34,671 nucleotides of DNA. It comes from Malassezia furfur (lineage: Eukaryota). The stretch is from NCBI GenBank assembly GCA_052055015.1, contig JBQJIT010000076.1; one strand, 5' to 3'. Positions within the stretch are counted from its first letter, which is position 1. Every line of letters starts with the position of its first letter. Below, piece after piece: positions 9,714 to 22,087 of this stretch. Under the pieces are notes generated by a model. It saw nothing but the letters and a program-made list of their open reading frames with translations, was not told the DNA's origin and did no database searches. Both the position numbers and the translations under genes were made by a program.

Positions 9714-10532
9714 TCATACAAGATCATCGTACTGAAGCCAAGGGCTCGTGTCGTATTGGTCGAGACCAAGGCCCCCGCGTCCGCTGCGAACGAAGAGCTC
9801 CATTTCGTGGACGAGTTGATGGGCGTCCTCCGTGCTGCCAATCCACTCGGTGAGTCGCTGTAACACCATGTCTGAACGGATGTCGACGTGGGACAGTAAT
9901 GCAGGAATGTAATAGGAGAGAAATGCAATGTCCAGGTGGGGCCACACTTGCAGTTCCCGTTGCAAAAAGACAGAAAGGAGGCGCGCGTGCGTTGCATTGC
10001 TCTGGAAACCGACAGGGCCTGGGTAAGGCCGGTATTTGGTGTAACGGTTTGAAGCGACATGCTTGGCGTAGCGTCGGTAGCGGTACACACGTCGGCGCTT
10101 CTCGAGCGCCGCATTCAGCTTTCTTCTGTGCCGCTGTTCTTCTCGTCGCCTCACCGTTTCGAGGTCGGGTCGAGGCGCCGGACATGGGTCACGAAGATGC
10201 GGGGTTGAAGCCTCTTCGTCCTCTTCGAGTTCTTCCGCCAGCTCCTCGAGCTGTTTCTGCATGTCATCGTCTAGGTGATGCACAGTGAAGTTTTGTACCG
10301 ATGGGTCCAGGTTATGTAGGACGACGCGACCCACTGGGGCGACACAGAGAGGGCACGTCTTCTTGGTTTGCTGTGTCCGAAGCCATTCTAAAATGCACGG
10401 GAAACAGAAACAAGAATGAAAACATTGCGGCAGGACACACCGATCCAGAACAGGTTCTAGACAGATGGCACAGTTTTGTTCTTCGAAATGCACCGCCGCC
10501 AAGTCAGGGGCGGCTGACGGTACTGCCGCCAT
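9714..10532 (-). CDS. C3HC4 RING-finger protein, putative E3 ubiquitin ligase (fungal Topors-like), 272 aa
   Basis: CAICLE..CFHSCFCFPCILEW..CPLC RING, followed by a C-terminal region with RRRVY, YAKHVASNRYT and FLQRELQVW. First ATG at 10532. Confidence 0.8.
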   Translation of the reverse strand: MAAVPSAAPDLAAVHFEEQNCAICLEPVLDRCVLPQCFHSCFCFPCILEWLRTQQTKKTCPLCVAPVGRVVLHNLDPSVQNFTVHHLDDDMQKQLEELAEELEEDEEASTPHLRDPCPAPRPDLETVRRREEQRHRRKLNAALEKRRRVYRYRRYAKHVASNRYTKYRPYPGPVGFQSNATHARLLSVFLQRELQVWPHLDIAFLSYYIPALLSHVDIRSDMVLQRLTEWIGSTEDAHQLVHEMELFVRSGRGGLGLDQYDTSPWLQYDDLV

Positions 10533-10614
10533 GCAGGCTCTGGCACAACCCACACGACGCCACAAAGCGCGCGTATGACTAAACTAAATTTTTGAACTCG
10601 TCTTTGGCACCACG

Positions 10615-11911
10615 ATGCGCGCAGGCCACCGCCAGTCGACCCAGGCACAGTCTGGGCGACAAACCCGCAAGCTTGATAAAAAAGGGCAAGAAAATATGCA
10701 TGCATCGTCCGAAGATGAAGAGTCGAGTCCCGAGATTGTTGAGTCGCTGCCAAGTGTCAGTGATCAGGACGACGAAGCTGCTGAGGAGGCCAGCTTGGGC
10801 GAAAGCGAGTCGGACGACGAGGATGTCGGCCCGTCATATGCACAGTTTGTGGATGAAGACGACCTGGACGAGGAAGATGAGACTTCGGAAGAATCAGAGC
10901 CGCAATCAGATTCCGACGACGAAGAGGTACGTTCCATCCACTGATCCAAGGCAATGCTCCGGCAAGGTATGCCTGTAAACCATTTGTTAACCCAGAAATC
11001 GAAGCAGTTCCTTTCCATGACCTCATGAAAGCCAAGCGTAATATGCGGAATTCCAAGGAAAAGCAGGAAATGGACACTGACGTACTACGTGCTCGACGCG
11101 AAGAAGCTAAGCAGCAGCTGCGCGAATTACGCCCAGATGGAGATCGTGGACCCAAAAAGACACCCGAAACGAAGAAGGAACAGCACATTGAATCGCGAGA
11201 GCACAAGAGTGCACCGACCGTGATGTCTTCGCGGCGGCCAGTTTCTCGGGCACGTACAGTCGTTCAACCGGTGCAGCCATCTAAAGGCCGTGACCCGCGC
11301 TTTGACTCCCTCTCCGCGGGTCCCGTGAATCTCGATCTCTTGTCCAAATCGTACAAGTTCTTGCCTGAACTCTACGAAAAAGAACTCAAATCACTCAAGG
11401 CGACCCACGACAAATTGAAGCGAATGGAGGCGCACCATGCTGGTCCGCATGCCAAGAGCGAGCAAGCACTAAAAATACGGGAAGAGAGACAAAACGTGGA
11501 GTTGGCGCTCCGCCGTGCAGAAAGCCAGCGCAATGAGAGACTCCGTCGCGAAACGGAGCGCAGTGTCAAGTCGGAGATCAAGAAAAACAATCAGCGCCGC
11601 GTCGATGCGGGGCTGCGTCCGTATTTCCCGAAAAAAGGTGCGTCGAACATACTCTGACATCAGCCGAACGCACTGCACAGGTCTTGCGACACAAATACGA
11701 ACGCCTTTCACACGAGCACGGTAAGGACGGCGCTTCTGGTGCTCTTAAGAAAGCAATGGAGCGCAAGGTACGCAAAGACGCACAAAAAGACCGCAAATCT
11801 TTGGACGCCGCTTTAGGAGGAGGGTCAAGGACAGACTTGGCTGCGTCTAAACGAAGCGGGGTGCATGATGCAGCAGATAGACCGCCGCGCAAGCGCGGGC
11901 GCCGTGGGTAG
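10615..11911 (+). CDS. RRP36: rRNA biogenesis protein Rrp36, about 405 aa; exons 10615-10926, 10951-10966, 10996-11637, 11664-11911
   Basis: Acidic N-terminus, then KSAPTVMSSRRPVSRAR, RDPRFDSLS, SYKFL, PYFPKK. Introns of 24, 29 and 26 nt restore the frame. Confidence 0.88.
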
Positions 11912-11986
11912 CGTTCTAATTGAACAGAGGACTGTGGCCGTGCGACTGTCGGTAGTCATGTGGAGGTCCTACCGCTCTTGACGAGC

Positions 11987-12713
11987 ATGGGTGCCTCGAG
12001 TTCGAAGGGTCCTCGGATCACAAAGCACGACCGTGCTGTATTAGAGTGCGTATGCTTCATTGACACAGCCTTAAATTGCAACGTGATAAACTGCGTCAAT
12101 ACCAGACCAAGGTTGGTCTATCATGACTCACGCAGCTTCAAATCGTGCTTGATAAGGAATACGAAATCACGCGTGATGCAATCGCGGCAGGCCGGAAGAC
12201 ACAAGCCCGTCTGGCATTGCAGAGAAGAGCGTACCAGCGTGGTCTTATAGATCGGACCGAAAACCAACTCACGACGCTTTTGGAACTTGTCTCTACCATT
12301 GAGTTCGCGCAGCTCGAGCAGAGTGTCATGCATGGCCTGGAGCAAGGCAATCAGGTATTGAAGGAAATCCACAAGGAGACCAACCTTGAGCGTGTCGATG
12401 CACTCATGGATCAGACTGCTGAAGCACAATATTATCAACGTGTATGTCACTACTCTCACACCAGGAAATCGACGATCGTCTGGCGTCAAAGCTGTCAGCG
12501 GATGAACAAGAGGAAGTGGAACGAGAGTTGGCGGCACTGGCTGCAGAGGCGCAGCCTCAGGCCGAGGCCGAGACAAAACAGCAGACAATACCCACTATGC
12601 CATCGGCGCCTACCACTGTGCCCTCGGAAGCACAGGAGACGAACCCGATCGGTCAAGCCCAACTCCCTCTCGACAATCCGAGAAAACAATTGCACACCGA
12701 AGCAAGCACATAG
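11987..12713 (+). CDS. VPS20: ESCRT-III subunit Vps20 (CHMP6), 218 aa; exons 11987-12045, 12069-12111, 12136-12441, 12465-12713
   Basis: Myristoylation-type start MGASSSK, ITKHDRAVLDLKLQRDKLRQYQ, LVSTIEFA..GLEQGNQVLKEIHKE. Introns of 23, 24 and 23 nt. Confidence 0.92.
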
Positions 12714-12783
12714 ATTACATTACTGTATAAGAGGGGAGGAGGTCTCAAAAATGGAAACCACTAAATCGTAGCGTGTTAAAACA

Positions 12784-13392
12784 TTACACGGTACCAGAAC
12801 CAACGTGTGCCGTGGCAGTGGTCTGGCCCGAGGCGACATCCTGGGTCACATCGATGTGTCCCTGCTTCGTGTTACCGGTCTCATCACGCTTCTTCTTGTA
12901 GTCGCGGATGGCACTCTTGATCGCATCCTCCGCAAGCATCGAGCAGTGAAGCTTGACAGGGGGGAGTGAGAGTTCCTTGGCGACCTCGGTATTCTTGATC
13001 GCACCGGCCTCCTCGAGGGTGAGGCCCTTGACGCGCTCGGTCATGTAACTGGAGCTGGCAATGGCGGAGCCACAGCCGAACGTCTTGAAACGGACATCTT
13101 CAATAATGCCCTTGTCATTCACCTTGATAGAAAGTTTCATCACATCACCGCAAGCCGGGGCACCGACAAGGCCGACACCGACGTCCTTGTCAGTCTTCAG
13201 AAAAGATCCGACCTGCAAGGTTAGCATCCATCAAGTTGTTCATGCACATACATTACGGGGATTGTTGTAGTGGTCCAATACCTTCTCATGGTACATACGG
13301 ACCTGACGCGGAGCGGCCATCATGGCCGTTCCCGTCGCACGCATCATGCGGCCACGAAGGGCAGAGCTCGCAATCGAAGTAAGCATCGTCAT
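12784..13392 (-). CDS. ISU1: Mitochondrial Fe-S scaffold IscU/Isu1, 189 aa; exons 13392-13252, 13212-12784
   Basis: Arg-rich presequence, YHEKVLDHYNNPRN|VGS, GLVGAPACGDVMKL, FKTFGCGSAIASSS, LPPVKLHCSMLAEDAI. The 39-nt intron contains an in-frame stop. Confidence 0.96.
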
Positions 13393-13564
13393 TGTAGTAG
13401 AGTGGTGTTCTGGTGAAGGTGTGGCAACGATTTGACTATCGCTTAAGAATCCCTTGCTCCCCCGCGAGAGTACTATTTTCCGCCCAGTTTCACCGCTGCC
13501 AATCAGACAAGCTGCGCACGACCATTTGTCACATAGGACCTCCAGATTGGCCGACGATACAATC

Positions 13565-13758
13565 TGACGTTAATGTTACGTAAACGATCGCATGAACGAT
13601 CGGATAGAAATCGACTAATCCGCACGGGCTTGGGCGTTGCCCAGGTACCGGACTCATGACGTCATAGTCCGCATGGAAAGTCGCCGTAATTCGTTTCGTG
13701 GGGTCCGAGCGTCGCTGTCTTCCCGTCGGGGACACGGGCCATTGTATGTCTATATAAA
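13565..13758. promoter_or_regulatory. bZIP/CRE elements and TATA box in the ISU1 / mannitol dehydrogenase divergent promoter
   Basis: TGACGT 13565, TTACGTAA 13576-13583, perfect ATGACGTCAT 13656-13665, TATATAAA 13751-13758 about 40 bp before ATG 13799. Confidence 0.6.
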
Positions 13759-13798
13759 CCAGCGATCTACCACATTTGGCCCTTTACGCCGTTTAATC

Positions 13799-14621
<823 letters not shown>

Positions 14622-14792
14622 AAGACATCTTGCTATTATAGTCTCTGTCATGTAGAGAATTACACGCATACACGGACGTGAACGACTCTCGGTGGTGCCA
14701 TTCCGTTCTGGTTGATAAATGGTACATCATACATAACATTCCGCTTTATGTATGGCCCTGGGGATGACCCTGCACAGGACTTCAGCTGTACT

Positions 14793-15256
14793 TTACCGCA
14801 CGATGCGGAGACCCAAGCTACGCGCGCTCCCTGCCACGACCTTGCACATTTCTTTCTCGGTGACATCCACGTCCTTCATTTTGATTTTGGCAATCTCGTA
14901 GACATGCTTGATGCTGATGGTACCTGTGACCTCGGCACCAGGCTTACGCGCGCCAGTGCTAATGTTTGCAGCGCGCTTCAATAGCAGGGAAGTCGGGGGT
15001 GCTGAATGAGGACATTTTACGTACTCAAAATATTAAACGAGAACGTGCGGTCCGGCTGGATGGTGACCACTGCGGGGGTCAGAAGACCGGGTTCCAGCTC
15101 AGCTGTCCGCGCGTTGAATTCTTTGGCAAAGTCCATTGCCTTCACACCCTTCGCACCAAGTGCAGGACCCACAGGAGGCTGCGCAGAAGCCTTCCCTGCA
15201 GGCACCATCAGCTTCACGATCGTTGCGGCCGCGGCCTTTCCGCCGGCCTTCGACAT
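14793..15256 (-). CDS. MRPL19: Mitochondrial ribosomal protein uL11m, 146 aa; exons 15256-15025, 15001-14793
   Basis: [57 protein letters not shown] (joined by a 23-nt intron), [17 protein letters not shown]. Confidence 0.93.
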
Positions 15257-15352
15257 GCTGGACAGGGAAAACCGCCGACGACGTAGACCACGTGATTTCC
15301 ACCGGCCGCAAAAAAAGTGGGTGGAGGATCTTTTGACGCTGTGCGCGGTACG

Positions 15353-17684
15353 ATGTCTGCGACGCATGAGCCCGCGCGGGCTTATGTCGTGTCCGGCGGC
15401 TCAGGGTCAGGACCAGGAGAAGCTTCATACAACTCCACTTCGCTTCCAGATATCCTGCGTCGTTCAGGATCATCCAACAAGCGGAAAAAGCGGCGTGCAG
15501 CGATCGAAAATGACAAAATTCTCTCTAAAATCGAACTGATTCAGGACCTAGAATTTCCTGAAGCCAGTAACAAAATCCGCTTCACACGGGATGGTCTCAA
15601 TATTATGGCAACCGGGACGTACAAGCCGCAAATTCGTGTATGGGATTGCGAGCAGCTCAGCTTGAAATTTGAGCGTCACACGGACGCTGAAAACGTCGAC
15701 TTCCAAGTACGTCTTTTGCACCCTGACTCAGATCTTGTCGGACGACTGGACCAAATCCTTGCACCTACAGAGCGATCGTTCGCTTGAGCTCCAGGGCCAG
15801 GGGGGTATTTTGACGACGGTGCGCCTTCCGCGCTTTGGTCGCGCTTTGGGCTATCATTTTCCCAGCGCCGACGCACTGGTCGGTGCATCTAGCAACGAAA
15901 TTTACCGCCTGAATTTGCACCAGGGACAATACTTGGCGCCCTATGTGCTAGGACAGCGGGGAAACTTGGTAAATGGCTGCAATGCGATTGACGTGAATCC
16001 GGCGCACGGCCTTTTGAGCTTTGGGACGGATGGTGAGGGCGTCGTCGAGCTGTGGGACCCACGCATGCGACGACAGGCAGGTGCCCTCAGTATTGCGACG
16101 CAGACAGTCTTGGATGCATCACTGCTTGCATCTCGGCGTCAATTACCCGGCCTCTTCAGCAAGGATGCCGATGCGGATGCCGTTTCGCGTGCGTCTCAGT
16201 CGCTGGCGACCACGGCGCTGGCAAGCGCAGAAGATGGTTTGAATATGGCTGTGGGAACAAGTACGGGCCATGTCCTCTTGTTTGACTTGCGTATGGACCA
16301 GCCTTACTTGTGCAAGGACCAAGGTTTCGGTCTCCCCGTGCATTCGTTGTCCTGGCCGGGCGACCGCAACGCTGCTGCCGCCGCGGGAACAATGGGCGCC
16401 GATGCACACGCACGCTCCGAATCGATGAACAAGGTACTTAGCGCCGATGCTAAAGTCATCAAAGTTTGGGACAAGACGACAGGCGAGAATGTGGTTTCGG
16501 TGTCACCACCCTCTCCGTCGACAAACCTCAACGATGTGCAGCAGTACCCTGGAAGTGGTCTGATCTTTGCGACCGTCGAGGCAACGCAGATGGCTGCGTG
16601 GTATGTGCCTGCTCTGGGGCCTGCACCACGGTGGTGCAGCTTCATTGACAACGTCACAGACGAGATCGATGCAGCCGATGCCGCTGGTGCAGGGGGCGGT
16701 ACGAATGCCTACGAGGATTTCAAGTTTGTGGACCAAGCAGAACTGGAACGCCTCGAACTTACGCACTTGGTGGGCACACCCTTGCTGCGCCCCTACATGC
16801 ACGGCTACTTCTTGTCGCTGCGCTTGTATGAGCGTGCGCGGCTCATGGCTCACCCCACGGCCTACCAGGAGGCCAGGCAGCGCGCGATCCAGGCTAAGAT
16901 CGAACGCGAGGCCGAGAGCCGTGTTCGGAGCGTGGCCAATGCACCCAAACTGCACAAGAGTGTACAGGTTAACAAGGCACTAGCCGAACGATTGGCCAAG
17001 GGTCAGACCAAACACAAGGAAGATACCAAGCTACTGGAGGACCAACGGTTCAAGGAGCTCTTCACAAACCCCGAGTTCCAGGTGGACGAAACGAGCAAGG
17101 AGTTTGCGATGCTCAACCCAAGCACGGCGCAGAACCAGACGCAAAAGCCAGCGCTGCGCGAGACCAGTCGCCGCATGGTTCCTGCCATGGAGGAGGAGAT
17201 CGAAAGCGATCGCGAATCCCTCGATCCAGACGAAGAAGAGGCGCGAGAACTGAGCGACGAGATCCGCACCCCCTCCACTCCCCCGCGGTCGATTCCCCAA
17301 GCCAAGGCACCCAAGGTTGCGAAGCATACACCACGCCTGCTGGACGACGACTCCATGGCGCTGGACGAGCGCGTACAAACGCTTGGCGAACGCGCCGGTC
17401 AGCAAAAGCCCCGGACCTCATCGGCGCGCGCTTCGCAGGACGATGGACCGCAGGGTGCAGCCAGTCTTGCGTGGACGCCGTCGTCAGCGCCGAGCAAGAA
17501 GCCCAAGGCGGGCAAGCGCGCGTCGAAAGAAGATACATTTGGTATGGGTCTGTCCAAAGGTGCTGGCGCGGATCAGGGCTATGGAGCGGATGCACTGGAC
17601 GAGGAAGCACGGTTCGGTCGCACCCAGCGCCGCAAGCCTGGACGCAGTGCGAGCCGCAACGTCATGCGCTCTACCACCAAGTAG
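15353..17684 (+). CDS. ENP2: Ribosome biogenesis protein Enp2/NOL10, 768 aa; exons 15353-15706, 15732-17684
   Basis: [86 protein letters not shown]. One 25-nt intron. Confidence 0.93.
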
Positions 17685-17690
17685 CAGGAA

Positions 17691-18468
17691 TCACAAAGCA
17701 AGGCTAAATGTTAGTATAGTTGACGTACTAGTCCTTGATTTCCTGCTCGGTGAGCCGGCGGAATACGGGCTGTTGCTCGGTCGAGGCGCCAATCACACCC
17801 TTGGTGGCCTGGCCGATAATGCCGATTTCGAGCGTCTTTTCCGTCATTTGTCCTTCGAATCCTTCCTTGAGCGTGAGGATGGCGGTGTGAATCGCGTCCT
17901 CCAAAGAGATATCATCGCTGTACCGCTTCTCCAAGAACGTCTTGGCGTTGGTCATATTCTTGCCCATGGCGCTGGCCTTCCACATGAAGTAGCTCCCGCT
18001 CGGGTCGACTTGGAAGAGGGCAGGGCCGCTTGCATTGTCATAGCCAGCCACAAGAAGCGACACGCCATACGGACGGACACCACCGCTCTGTGTGGCATCC
18101 TGCATAATGGTTGCGATCTCCTGCACCAGGACCTTAATCGAAGGATATTCACCGTAAATCTTCCAGTACGACTGCGCAATTTTACGCGCCTTAGCCAGAA
18201 GCACACGGAAATCGGGGCTCATACCAGAGTACACAATACCAATGTTGGGGCATACGAGCGCGACCTTCTCGAGCGCTGCGTCGTCCACAAGCGGCGACGG
18301 CGCACGCTTCTCGGTTGCGATCACCACTGCGTTTGACGCCTTGATGCCAAGACTCGTAGCTCCCTGGCCAACGGCTGCAAGCGCATGCTCAATCTGAACC
18401 AGCTTCCCGCTCGGGGAGAAGGTCGTAAGCGAGAAGCTGTATGCGCCCTCGCCTGCACCAGCACTCAT
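17691..18468 (-). CDS. PRE8: 20S proteasome subunit alpha-2, 250 aa; exons 18468-17729, 17703-17691
   Basis: [43 protein letters not shown]. Removing the 25-nt intron 17704-17728 restores the usual EIKDYL.. ending (EIKDYLAL*). Confidence 0.95.
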
Positions 18469-18555
18469 CGTTGGTACCAACTGCGAACGTCGCGCGCTAG
18501 GGCCGCGCGGCCGACCGACATGTGTCACGTGACAGTGCTATGCTGGGGCCCCTGT

Positions 18556-19336
18556 CTACGGGTTCTTGTTGGTAATGATGTCGGCCTCGGTCACCTTGCC
18601 GGAGATGAGCTGCGTCAGCGAATTGAATACACACATCCTCGAGCATTTTCTTCGGAATGGTCCAGTCCTTGAACAGGTGGTAGCCGATTTTGTTGTTGTC
18701 ACAGTAGGTAGCCAGGTCATTGTCCTTCTTGTCCTTCACAAACAGCACATCGGCATGACGCGCGGCCGACATGTCCGAGATACCGTCACCTGCAAAGAAC
18801 AACAGTGGCGGGTTAGCCATCTTGCGGTAGGGCAGGATGCTTTGCGACTTGTCGTGCCCGAACGCATTGTCAGGGTGACGGTAAACCAGCTCCCACGTCT
18901 TGCCAGTCTGCTCGGGATCAGTGAACTTAACATCGTTCGAGATGACCTCAATCTCGTTGGCATCTTTTTCACCGATGAGGTTCGAGAAGATGGAGCGAAT
19001 GATGGGCGTCATGCCGGACGAGACCACAATGACAGGAATGTTGTTGGCCTTGGCGAAAGCATAGAATTCCTTGAAGCCGGGATCAAGCTTGACATCACGG
19101 CGGACAAGCTCCTCCATCTCGTGGAAGGGGTGCTTGACGGACTGCATCATAGTGCGGAAACCGTCACGGAAACCGATGCGCTCGGCGACAATCTCGTCGT
19201 TGATCTTGCGGCGCGCCTCGTAGCCCATGCCCACGGTGTCGACCATGTGGTCGTTCGAATCGAGCAACGTGATCGTGCCGTCGAAATCCGTCAGGAACAC
19301 GTACTTAGCGTCGGCGTGCTTAGGATTGGCAGACAT
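18556..19336 (-). CDS. HAD-family phosphatase, MtnX-like / Pyp1(YNL010W)-like polyol-phosphate phosphatase, 251 aa; exons 19336-18635, 18609-18556
   Basis: FLTDFDGTIT (HAD motif I), LDPGFKEF, VVSSGM, FGHDKS, GDGISDMSAA. A 25-nt intron lies near the C-terminus. Confidence 0.82.
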
Positions 19337-19474
19337 ATTCAGGTAGGAGACAAAGCTTCGCTCGGCGCGATGAACCCTACACGTGCATGGACCCGCGGCT
19401 GTATCCCCACCGGCCCCGGCTGAGTCAGCCGCGTGCTTCTCCACAACAGTGTGGAGGTGCACGGCAGGTTGACG

Positions 19475-22060
19475 ATGGCCGACGTGCACAACCGTCGAGC
19501 TCGTCTAACATCCGCATATCATGAGCTTGGGCGTCAGTTAACGTCAGGGAACTTCACCGTCATAGGTAACTACACCCTACAGCGGAATATCGGACAAGGG
19601 ACGTACGGAAAAGTACGGCTGGCAACACACCGTCTGACCAACTCACGCGTTGCCGTGAAGCAAATTCCGAAAGAGCATGTCGCCAGTCTCACGCGCGAAA
19701 TTCACCATCACCGGAGAATGCACCACCAAAATGTACTCCAACTTTATGAAGTAATACAGTCGGAGTCCTGCATCTGGATGGTGACTGAATTGTGCGCAAA
19801 TGGAGAATTGTACGATTATGTCGTGGATCATGGGAGTTTAAGCGAGGCGGAAGCCAAAGAGCTATTTGGCCAACTATGCCTTGCCGTATCCTATATCCAT
19901 TCTCACGGCGTTGTCCACCGCGATTTGAAGCTCGAAAACATCTTATTGGACTCCAACAATCAGATTAAACTCAGCGATTTCGGCTTCACGCGGGAATTTG
20001 AGCCGCATCAGCTGCTTCGTACGCGATGTGGTACCACGGCCTATGCAGCGCCTGAAATGCTTGCAGGAAAACCATACCAAGGCCCGGAAATCGACATTTG
20101 GTCGCTGGGTGTAATCCTCTTCGTGCTGGTATGCGGCTACTTGCCGTTCGACGACGACAACGAGCCTGCAATGCAATGGAAGATTGTGAATGACCCTGTA
20201 TTGATCCCTGATACCCTTTCGGACAATCTACAGGATTTACTTACATGGATTCTTCAAAAGGATGGGTCAAAGCGCCCAACCATTTATCAAATTCTTTGCC
20301 ACCCATGGTACCAAGCCCCGTCACCATCAATGGTACAGCGGTCGTCTTCCGAGCGCCTACAGCATCCTTTTCTGCATATGCGCCCACTATCCCCAAACGA
20401 GATGGAGCTAAATTATACTCAACCCTCCAACTTTGTTGCGATGCTCACGCAGCCAGCTTATATACCCTTTGAGAGCCCTGTGGAGCAACAACTTTTCCAT
20501 ATGCTCCAGACACTTGGCTTTGCGGTGGGCCAAATTCGCTACAGTGTGCAGACCAACGCTTGTGATGCGGCGGGTGCACTCTGGTGGCTGTTGTTGCACC
20601 GTGCTAAAAGTTCGCCGCTGGAATCGAATGCGCTTGGTATCATGTCGGACGATTTCAACAAACCTTCCCCTTCTTCTGACTCTCAGAGTGCGGTTAGCTC
20701 GCGACGTACATCCTTATCAAGAGGCACTCATGATGGTACCTCGCCGCATCCACGCATGGCTCCTATTGTTTCCCTTGCCCCCGTCGCATCCAGTGACCGC
20801 GCTGCGCCTCCCATTCACGAACATACTACCCAAGGTACGCAGTTCCTGGTCCCGAATCTCTCGTATGCAACAAACGAGCAAGCTGTGTCGCCTAAGCGAA
20901 ACTCCTCTGTGATTTCCTCGGTCAAGTCATGGCTCAAAAGGGATCGGCGCGAGTCCAGTGTCGATGCACGACTCTCTACTCCCATCTCCAGCACACCCAC
21001 GTCCCACCCGACTGGAATGTCTCAGCCTCTTGCAAAAGGAGAAGAGCAGTCGGACTCACCACTGGCTCCACCCTTGCTGCCGGCCACGCTCGTTGCGAAC
21101 AAATCGTCTTTCTCGCTTGCACCGACGGCATCGACTTCCAGCGGCGTGTCTCCTTCCCCCTCTTTCCGTGAACTCCCGCAAGTCGAAAAAGCATTGTCGC
21201 TGGAACAACATTTTCGCATGCCATCGCGACACTTTGACACACCCGTCCTGCGGCGCACTTCAAGCATGGCGCGTCCCGGAAGCGCCTACGGCCGACGTTT
21301 GTCGGTGGGTAGCGTCGCATCTGTCTCCTTGCAGCGCAATCGCTCGTCAAGTCTGAGTAGCCCGCGCTCGGTTACACCTGCTTCTCATTCCCGCATGAGT
21401 CGTCAGTCATCATGGGCCTCACTGCACCACCCTCGCCCACGTCGTCGGTCAGAATCTACGGCCCAGCGCAAAGCATTCCGACAGGGATCAGCACTGAGCC
21501 CCGACATTGGTTTGCTTTCTAGGCGTGCCTCAGGACGGAGCGATTCTTCGGACGTTCCTCGGAGATCGCGGCCTGTTTCGATGGATGAACAGGCATTTGC
21601 TGCTTTTCAGCGCCAGCGAAGCTTCTCAAGTGACGGCGGTACCGTGCTGGGACCGCGTCTTGCGCATTCGCCCCTGCACAGTCCACGTGTGCCTAGAGTT
21701 GTCTCGCCAAGAGTCCGTGCCTCGCTGGTGCAGAAACATGCGCACAAGGCGCATTCCACGCGGCCATTGCGGCAGCGCACGAACCGGGTGAAGCTGAGTG
21801 CGGAAGATGACTGGATCGATGAGGAGGTTTCTTACGCCGGGGGACTTGGCCAACCCAACGAAACTGCCAACGACGTTTCGGACTGGATGGAGCTGGGCAA
21901 GCAACGCCGTCGGCGTGGCTCACCATGCCCACCTCGGATGCTGCATGCGAACAAAACATTTATGGAGGATGCACGTCCTTTAGATACTTCGGCGGCGCTA
22001 CGCACCAAGCTTATTCGCAGGGACCAACATACACCCGTCATTGAAGAGGAAGAGCCGTGA
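19475..22060 (+). CDS. Ser/Thr protein kinase, CAMK-like (MARK/SNF1-related) with a long Ser/Arg-rich tail, 861 aa
   Basis: IGQGTYGKV, VAVK, HRDLKLEN, DFGF, TRCGTTAYAAPE, DIWSLGV, LPFDDD, plus a UBA-like segment (LQTLGF..ALWWLLL). First ATG at 19475. Confidence 0.9.
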   Translation: MADVHNRRARLTSAYHELGRQLTSGNFTVIGNYTLQRNIGQGTYGKVRLATHRLTNSRVAVKQIPKEHVASLTREIHHHRRMHHQNVLQLYEVIQSESCIWMVTELCANGELYDYVVDHGSLSEAEAKELFGQLCLAVSYIHSHGVVHRDLKLENILLDSNNQIKLSDFGFTREFEPHQLLRTRCGTTAYAAPEMLAGKPYQGPEIDIWSLGVILFVLVCGYLPFDDDNEPAMQWKIVNDPVLIPDTLSDNLQDLLTWILQKDGSKRPTIYQILCHPWYQAPSPSMVQRSSSERLQHPFLHMRPLSPNEMELNYTQPSNFVAMLTQPAYIPFESPVEQQLFHMLQTLGFAVGQIRYSVQTNACDAAGALWWLLLHRAKSSPLESNALGIMSDDFNKPSPSSDSQSAVSSRRTSLSRGTHDGTSPHPRMAPIVSLAPVASSDRAAPPIHEHTTQGTQFLVPNLSYATNEQAVSPKRNSSVISSVKSWLKRDRRESSVDARLSTPISSTPTSHPTGMSQPLAKGEEQSDSPLAPPLLPATLVANKSSFSLAPTASTSSGVSPSPSFRELPQVEKALSLEQHFRMPSRHFDTPVLRRTSSMARPGSAYGRRLSVGSVASVSLQRNRSSSLSSPRSVTPASHSRMSRQSSWASLHHPRPRRRSESTAQRKAFRQGSALSPDIGLLSRRASGRSDSSDVPRRSRPVSMDEQAFAAFQRQRSFSSDGGTVLGPRLAHSPLHSPRVPRVVSPRVRASLVQKHAHKAHSTRPLRQRTNRVKLSAEDDWIDEEVSYAGGLGQPNETANDVSDWMELGKQRRRRGSPCPPRMLHANKTFMEDARPLDTSAALRTKLIRRDQHTPVIEEEEP

Positions 22061-22087
22061 TTCTATTGCCTTAATACTATACTGTGT

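Noticed and set aside
10586..10595. AAATTTTTGA as an RRPE element upstream of RRP36
   Set aside because: A single imperfect match, with no equivalent upstream of ENP2. Too weak to call.
8486..12713. Fragmented ORFs in TFG2, RRP36, VPS20 (and SWD1, TBC) as pseudogenes or frameshifts
   Set aside because: Every break is bridged exactly by a GT..branch..AG micro-intron that restores the frame and conserved motifs.
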